Shown here piece after piece: positions 61,278 to 64,000 of a stretch of 64,000 nt of DNA; the first letter of the stretch is position 1, and each line of letters begins with the position of its first letter. The notes below the pieces were generated by a model. The model was not told the origin of the DNA. It ran no database searches and worked only from the letters and a program-made list of their open reading frames with translations. The translations under genes were made by a program, and so were the position numbers. The DNA lies in the NCBI RefSeq assembly GCF_058153355.1, contig NZ_CM177019.1. The stretch is one strand, 5' to 3'.

Positions 61278-63569
61278 TTGTCAGAACTACTCTCTTTCGC
61301 CCTTTTTCTCGCCTCTGTGCTGATTTACGCATGGAAAGCGGGACGTAACACCTGGTGGTTTGCAGCCACGTTAACGGTGCTGGGGCTATTTGTCGTTTTA
61401 AATATCACCCTGTTTGCCAGCGACTATTTTACTGGTGATGGTATTAACGACGCGGTTCTCTATACCTTAACCAACAGCCTGACCGGTGCTGGCGTCAGCA
61501 AATACATCCTGCCGGGTATCGGCATTGTGCTGGGGCTGACGGCGGTGTTCGGTGCGCTGGGCTGGATCCTGCGCCGTCGTCGTCATCATCCGCACCATTT
61601 TGGTTACAGCCTGCTGGCGCTCTTACTGGCGCTGGGTTCGGTGGACGCCAGCCCGGCATTTCGTCAGATAACAGAACTGGTGAAATCCCAGTCACGCGAC
61701 GGCGACCCGGACTTCGCGGCTTATTATAAAGAGCCGTCGAAAACTATCCCTGACCCGAAACTCAACCTGGTTTATATCTACGGCGAAAGCCTCGAGCGGA
61801 CCTATTTTGATAACGAGGCTTTCCCGGATCTCACACCTGAACTGGGCGCGTTGAAAAATGAAGGACTGGATTTCAGCCATACGCAGCAGCTGCCGGGAAC
61901 GGATTACACGATTGCTGGCATGGTGGCTTCTCAGTGCGGCATTCCGCTGTTTGCTCCCTTTGAAGGCAACGCCTCCGCTTCTGTTTCCAGCTTCTTCCCA
62001 CAGAACATCTGTCTGGGCGATATCCTGAAAAACTCGGGTTATCAGAACTATTTCGTGCAGGGCGCGAATCTGCGTTTTGCCGGTAAAGATGTGTTCCTGA
62101 AGTCGCACGGCTTCGACCATTTATATGGCTCAGAAGAGCTGAAAAGCGTGGTGGCAGACCCACACTATCGCAACGACTGGGGATTCTACGACGATACCGT
62201 GCTGGATGAAGCGTGGAAAAAGTTTGAAGAGCTTTCCCGCTCTGGCCAGCGATTCTCACTGTTTACCCTGACGGTCGATACCCATCACCCGGATGGTTTT
62301 ATCTCGCGCACCTGTAACCGCAAAAAATATGATTTTGACGGTAAGCCAAATCAGTCATTCAGTGCGGTAAGTTGCAGCCAGGAGAACATCGCAACGTTTA
62401 TCAACAAAATCAAAGCGTCACCGTGGTTTAAAGATACCGTTATCGTCGTCTCGTCTGACCATTTAGCGATGAACAACACGGCGTGGAAATACCTCAATAA
62501 GCAAGATCGCAATAATCTGTTTTTCGTCATTCGTGGCGACAAGCCGCAGCAAGAAACGCTGGCGGTGAAGCGTAATACGATGGATAACGGCGCGACGGTG
62601 CTGGACATTCTCGGTGGCGATAACTATCTCGGACTTGGTCGTAGCAGTTTATCCGGGCAGTCAATGTCGGAAATCTTCCTCAATATCAAAGAGAAAACGT
62701 TGGCGTGGAAGCCGGATATCATCCGCCTGTGGAAATTCCCTAAAGAGATGAAAGAGTTCACCATCGACCAGCAGAAAAACATGATTGCCTTCTCAGGTAG
62801 CCATTTCCGTTTGCCGCTGCTGTTGCGGGTTTCAGACAAACGCGTGGAACCGCTGCCGGAAAGTGAATACTCAGCACCGCTGCGTTTCCAGTTGGCCGAT
62901 TTTGCTCCACGCGACAATTTCGTCTGGGTTGACCGTTGCTATAAGATGGCACAACTCTGGGCTCCGGAACTGGCACTTTCCACCGACTGGTGTGTCTCGC
63001 AAGGGCAGCTTGGCGGTCAGCAAATTGTCCAGCATGTTGATAAAACAACATGGAAGGGCAAAACGGCATTTAAAGATACGGTCATCGACATGGCGCGTTA
63101 CAAAGGCAATGTCGATACGCTGAAGATTATTGATAACGATATTCGCTACAAAGCCGACAGTTTCATCTTTAACGTCGCCGGTGCGCCAGAAGAGGTGAAA
63201 CAGTTTAGCGGGATTTCTCGTCCGGAGTCGTGGGGCCGCTGGTCCAACGCACAGCTGGGCGACGAAGTAAAAATCGAGTACAAGCATCCGCTGCCGAAGA
63301 AATTTGACCTGGTGATTACCGCCAAAGCATACGGCAATAACGCCAGCCGTCCTATTCCGGTACGCGTAGGCAATGAAGAACAAACCCTTGTGCTGGGCAA
63401 TGAAGTAACCACCACCACGCTGCATTTCGATAACCCAACCGATGCCAACACGCTGGTGATTGTGCCACCTGAACCCGTCTCAACCAACGAAGGGAATATC
63501 CTCGGACACTCGCCGCGTAAGCTTGGTATCGGCATGGTGGAAATTAAAGTGGTGGAACGTGAAGGGTAA
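61278..63569 (+). CDS. opgB: phosphoglycerol transferase I (osmoregulated periplasmic glucan biosynthesis)
   Basis: 763 aa, TTG start, N-terminal transmembrane helices plus sulfatase-like domain. Confidence 0.9.
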   Translation: MSELLSFALFLASVLIYAWKAGRNTWWFAATLTVLGLFVVLNITLFASDYFTGDGINDAVLYTLTNSLTGAGVSKYILPGIGIVLGLTAVFGALGWILRRRRHHPHHFGYSLLALLLALGSVDASPAFRQITELVKSQSRDGDPDFAAYYKEPSKTIPDPKLNLVYIYGESLERTYFDNEAFPDLTPELGALKNEGLDFSHTQQLPGTDYTIAGMVASQCGIPLFAPFEGNASASVSSFFPQNICLGDILKNSGYQNYFVQGANLRFAGKDVFLKSHGFDHLYGSEELKSVVADPHYRNDWGFYDDTVLDEAWKKFEELSRSGQRFSLFTLTVDTHHPDGFISRTCNRKKYDFDGKPNQSFSAVSCSQENIATFINKIKASPWFKDTVIVVSSDHLAMNNTAWKYLNKQDRNNLFFVIRGDKPQQETLAVKRNTMDNGATVLDILGGDNYLGLGRSSLSGQSMSEIFLNIKEKTLAWKPDIIRLWKFPKEMKEFTIDQQKNMIAFSGSHFRLPLLLRVSDKRVEPLPESEYSAPLRFQLADFAPRDNFVWVDRCYKMAQLWAPELALSTDWCVSQGQLGGQQIVQHVDKTTWKGKTAFKDTVIDMARYKGNVDTLKIIDNDIRYKADSFIFNVAGAPEEVKQFSGISRPESWGRWSNAQLGDEVKIEYKHPLPKKFDLVITAKAYGNNASRPIPVRVGNEEQTLVLGNEVTTTTLHFDNPTDANTLVIVPPEPVSTNEGNILGHSPRKLGIGMVEIKVVEREG

Positions 63570-63703
63570 TTCCTGACTGATTTGTAGGTCGCATAAGGTG
63601 CGACCTACACACCTTCTCCGGCTCACAACACATTATTAAGAAACAAAAAAAACAGCGCCCAACACTTCCCCGGACGCTGCATGGCAACTTTAATAATCTC
63701 GCC

Positions 63704-64000
63704 TTATAAGAAAGTAATTACACCCTTAATCAACTCACGATTGTTAATCACATCGCGCTCATAGGTTTCTGCCAGCGTGGCGAACGGATAGCGATGGGTT
63801 AACATCATGTAGGCAGTGATTTTTCCTTCCGCCATCAGTCGACCGACTTTAGCGAAATCTTCCGGCGTGGCGTTGCGGCTGCCCATCATCGTCGTTTCTT
63901 TTTTATGGAATTCCGGATCGGAGAACTGCAACTCACCTTTAAACAGACCGACAAATACCACCGTGCCGCCGTGACGAATCAGATTCACGGTGTTATTCAT
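63704..64000 (-). CDS. lgoD: zinc-type alcohol dehydrogenase, C-terminal part only (5' end beyond window)
   Basis: C-terminal 98 aa of an MDR-family dehydrogenase (GGTVVFVGLFKGELQ...); K-12 neighbour yjjN/lgoD. Confidence 0.7.
   Translation of the reverse strand: MNNTVNLIRHGGTVVFVGLFKGELQFSDPEFHKKETTMMGSRNATPEDFAKVGRLMAEGKITAYMMLTHRYPFATLAETYERDVINNRELIKGVITFL

Noticed and set aside
63583-63609. Palindrome TGTAGGTCGCATAAGGTGCGACCTACA after opgB
   Set aside because: Likely a REP-like stem-loop rather than a terminator (no flanking T-run on either strand); too uncertain to list as a feature.

Overview
The window reads as an Escherichia coli K-12-like chromosomal segment (deo operon to opgB, reverse-complemented relative to the usual K-12 orientation) interrupted by two mobile elements. 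(1) A ~39.6 kb prophage (about 9296..48861) is integrated into the 5' end of prfC. It supplies a replacement prfC N-terminus and leaves the original 24-codon prfC 5' fragment orphaned at the far junction. The prophage is a mosaic: lambdoid immunity/replication/nin/lysis modules, an HK97-type head module with HNH-terminase, and a Mu-type contractile tail ending in a Gin/Pin-type invertible tail-fibre segment whose invertase gene is degraded. (2) A ~2.4 kb group II intron (RT-maturase-HNH ORF plus a recognisable domain V) sits in the rsmC-leuQPV intergenic region among REP elements. Host genes recognised: deoA (partial), deoC, yjjI, yjjW, yjjV, yjjU, ytjA, osmY, prfC, yjjG, rimI, holD, rsmC, three tRNA-Leu(CAG), yjjZ, fhuF, bglJ, yjjQ, yjjP, yjjB, dnaT, dnaC, yjjA, opgB and the 3' end of yjjN/lgoD. 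The most interesting unexplained items are inside the prophage: a stand-alone LexA DNA-binding-domain homologue near a consensus SOS box that precedes a KilA-N antirepressor-like gene; two AT-rich cargo genes of unknown function at classic moron positions (between xis and int, and between the HNH gene and the lysis cassette); a ~350 bp GC-rich structured non-coding region; and a zinc-ribbon ORF split at an A7 tract. All calls rest on reading the sequence and remembered protein families; no database search or computation was run.
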